NCBI RefSeq assembly: GCF_036365525.1
Contig: NW_027142279.1
Location: 248,001-312,000 of the forward strand
Source: Heterodontus francisci
Taxonomy: Eukaryota
Length of the DNA: 64,000 bases
Reading direction: 5' to 3'
Position numbers and translations under genes: made by a program. Below the pieces are notes generated by a model. It saw only the letters and a program-made list of their open reading frames with translations, had not been told where the DNA came from and did not search any database. The number at the start of each line of letters is the position of its first letter. Within the stretch, counting starts at the first letter, position 1. This document shows, in pieces, positions 60,753 to 64,000 of the stretch.

Positions 60753-62976
60753 GTACCTGTCTTGTGGGGTCATCATCGCAGAATCATGGTATCAGAGACT
60801 GGTTACAGCACAGGAAGAGGCCATTGAGCCCATCGTCACCGTGACAGCTCTATGCCTGTGCAACTCACCTACTGCCACTCGGGCCATTTCCCCGTCGCAC
60901 TGCAGATTTTTTCTGCCATGACAATTTTCCAATTCTCTTTTGAAAGCCTCAATTAAACCTGCCTCCAGCACACTCTCAGGCAGTGCATTTCAGATCCTAA
61001 CCACACGCTGTGTGAAAAGATTTTCCTGTCTCTGTTGTGACTTTTACCACGAACCTAAAACCGGTGCCCTCTAGTTCTGGATCCTCGCACCAATGGGACT
61101 GAGGGGAGTGGGACATAGTTACTGAGGGGAGAGGGATGCATTGACTGAGGGGAGAAGGTTGCACTGACCGAGGGCAGTGGGATATAGTGACTGAGGGAAG
61201 TGGGACATAGTGACTGAGGGCAGTGGGATATAGTGAGTGAGGGGAGAGTGATGTAGTGACTGAGGGGAGTGGGACATAGTGACTGAGGGGAGTGGGATGT
61301 AGTGACTGAGGGAAGTTGGACATAGTGATTGAGGGCAGTGGGATGTAGTGACTGAGGGGAGTGAGACATAGTGAATGAGGGGAGAGGGATATAGTGACTG
61401 TGGGGAGTGGGACAAAGTGACTGAGGGGTGTGGGATATAGTTATTGAGGGCAGTAGGACATAGTGATTGAGCGCAGTGGGATATAGTCAGTGAGGGGCGA
61501 GGGATATAGTGACTGAGGGGAGTGGGACATAGTGACTGAGGACAGTGGGACATAGTGACTGAGGGCAGTGGGATATAGTCATTGAGGGCAGTGGGATATA
61601 GTCATTGAGGGCAGTGGGACACAGTGACTGAGGGCAATGGTACATAGTGACTGAGGGCAGAGGGACATAGTGACTGAGGTGAGTGGGACATAGTCACTGA
61701 GGTGAGTGGGATATAGTCATTGAGGACAGTGGGACATAGTGACTGAGGGCAGTGGGATACAGTGAGTGAGGGGAGAGGGATATAGTGACTGTGGGGAGTG
61801 GGACAAAGTGACTGAGGGGAGTTGGATTTAGTTACTGAGGGCAGTAGGACATAGTGATTGCGCGCAGTGGGATATAGTCATTGAGGGCAGTAGGACATAG
61901 TGACTGAAGGCAGTGGGATATAGTGACTGAGGGCTGTGGGACATAGTGATTGAGGGGAGTGGGACATAGTCACTGAGGTGAGTGGGATATAGTGACTGAG
62001 GGCTGGGGGACATAGTGATTGAGGGGAGTGGGACATAGTCACTGAGGTGAGTGTGATACAGTGACTGAGGGGAATGTGATACAGTGACTGAGGGGAGTGT
62101 GATACAATGACAGAGGAAGTGTGATACAGTGACAGAGTGGAGTCTGACACAGTGAGTGAGGGGAGTGTGATACAGTGACTGAGGGGAGTGTGATGCAGTA
62201 CAGAGGGAAGTGTGATACTGTGACTGAGCGAGTGTGACACAGTGACTGAGGGGAGTGTGATACAGTGTCTGAGGGGAGTGTGATACAGTGTCTGAGGGGA
62301 GTGCGATACAGTGACTGAGGGGAATGTGATACATGACTGAGGGGAGTGTGATACAGAGTCTGAGGGGAGTATGAAACAGTGACTGAGGGGAGTGTGATGG
62401 AGTGACTCAAGGACTGTGATACAGTGTCTGAGGGGAGTAGGATACGGTCACTGAGGGGAGTGGGATGCAGCGACTGAGTGTACTGTGACACCGTGACTGA
62501 GGGGAGTATGATACAGTCACTGAGGGGAGTGGAATGCAGCGAATGAGGGTAGTGTGATCGAGTGACTGTGGGGAGTGGAATACATTGACTGAGAGGAATG
62601 TGATATAGTGACTGAGGGAAGTGTGATACAGTGACTGAGAGAGTGTGATGCAGTGACTGAGGGGAGTGTGATGCAGTGACTGAGGTGAGTGTGATACAGT
62701 GACTGAGGTGAGTGGGATACAGTGAGTGAGGGGAGTATGATATTGTGACTGAGGTGAGTGTGATGCAGTGACCGCTGGGAGTGTGATGCAGTGACTGCTG
62801 GGAGTGTGATACAGTGACTGAGGGGAGTGTGACGCAGTAATGTAGTGAACAGGATGGAAGATAATGGTTTTATAAAGATTGTTATCTGTCATTCTCCTGA
62901 CACGAGCACCATCCTGTTGACCTGATGTGTTTTTCTCCATGTCTCACTTTGCAATATCTCCCTCCCTTCAATACAG

Positions 62977-63072
62977 AACCCGTGACTTCCCAAACGCAGG
63001 AATCCGAGGAACAATCAACTAGAGAATCTACTGAGGTTTCATCCTCCACCCCAGCGGGCTCTGGAAGCTCAG
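62977..63072 (+). CDS. Acidic Ser/Thr repeat exon 6
   Basis: ttcaatacag|...|gtacct. EPVTSQTQESEEQSTRESTEVSSSTPAGSGSS. Confidence 0.8.
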
Positions 63073-64000
63073 GTACCTGTCATGTGGGGTCATCATCGCA
63101 GAATCATGGTATCAGAGACTGGTTACAGCACAGGAAGAGGCCATTGAGCCCATCGTCACCTTGACAGCTCTATGCCTGTGCAACTCATCTACTCCCACTC
63201 CTGCAATTTCCCCGTCGCACTGCAGATTATTTCTCCAATGACAATTTTCCAATTCCCTTTTGAAAGCCTCAATTGAACCTGCCTCCAGCACACTCTCAGG
63301 CAGTGCATTTCAGATCCTAACCACACGCTGTGTGAAAAGATTTTCCTGTCTCTGTTGTGACTTTTACCACGAACCTAAAACCGGTGCCCTCTAGTTCTGG
63401 ATCCTCGCACCAATGGGACTCAGGGGAGTGGGACATAGTTACTGAGGGGAGAGGGATGCATTGACTGAGGGGAGAAGGTTGCACTGACCGAGGGCAGTGG
63501 GATATAGTGACTGAGGGAAGTGGGACATAGTGACTGAGGGCAGTGGGATATAGTGAGTGAGGGGAGAGTGATGTAGTGACTGAGGGGAGTGGGACATAGT
63601 GACTGAGGGGAGTGGGATGTAGTGACTGAGGGAAGTTGGACATAGTGATTGAGGGCAGTGGGATGTAGTGACTGAGGGGAGTGAGACATAGTGAATGAGG
63701 GGAGAGGGATATAGTGACTGTGGGGAGTGGGACAAAGTGACTGAGGGGTGTGGGATATAGTTATTGAGGGCAGTAGGACATAGTGATTGAGCACAGTGGG
63801 ATATAGTCAGTGAGGGGCGAGGGATATAGTGACTGAGGGGAGTGGGACATAGTGACTGAGGGGAGCGGGACATAGTGACTGAGGACAGTGGGACATAGTG
63901 ACTGAGGGCAGTGGGATATAGTGACTGAGGGGATTGGGATATAGTCATTCAGGGCAGTGGGACACAGTGACTGAGGGCAATGGTACATAGTGACTGAGGG

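Larger units (their letters stand above)
51875..64000. repeat. Arrays of a 23-bp G-rich minisatellite (tagtgactgaggggagtgggaca) in the introns between repeat exons
   Basis: 23-bp period (e.g. 63574, 63597, 63620). Arrays at ~51875-52700, 54750-56070, 58140-58680, 59260-60520, 61095-62840 and 63415-64000. Confidence 0.93.

Noticed and set aside
54849-63988. Long minus-strand Ser/His/Pro-rich ORFs (SHSPQSL repeats)
   Set aside because: These are translations of the 23-bp minisatellite. They are open in several frames and lack splice or start context.

Overview
Vertebrate genomic DNA, almost certainly a shark or other elasmobranch (HE1-type SINEs, abundant CR1 LINEs, Penelope termini). It has two parts. 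(1) 1-10.2 kb, minus strand: the apparent 5' end of a T-cell receptor beta V-gene cluster. It holds a canonical Vbeta (leader plus V exon, cut by the window edge), a TRBV30-like V that is probably inactive, an intact short-CDR2 V that resembles mammalian TRDV2 more than any Vbeta I know, and a pseudogene of the same short-CDR2 type. The three complete V segments each have a 23-bp-spacer RSS. (2) 16.1-64 kb, plus strand, head-to-head with the V cluster: a multi-exon secreted-protein gene that the ORF track misses. It has an HNF1-like/TATA promoter, a non-coding exon 1, a signal-peptide exon, two 3-exon uromodulin/GP2-type D8C (D10C) cassettes and at least six tandem 96-nt exons encoding an acidic Ser/Thr/Glu repeat. 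The spliced frame stays open for about 456 codons and runs off the window. The two D10C cassettes differ more in their exons than in the intervening intron, have remodelled disulfide pairs, and differ in a GP2-like glycosylation site. The introns contain a 74-bp satellite with a 4.2-kb duplication, nested CR1/Penelope insertions (one with a hammerhead ribozyme core), a Gmr1-like LTR element and a 23-bp G-rich minisatellite. All assignments were made by eye and from recalled family consensus; no database search was run.
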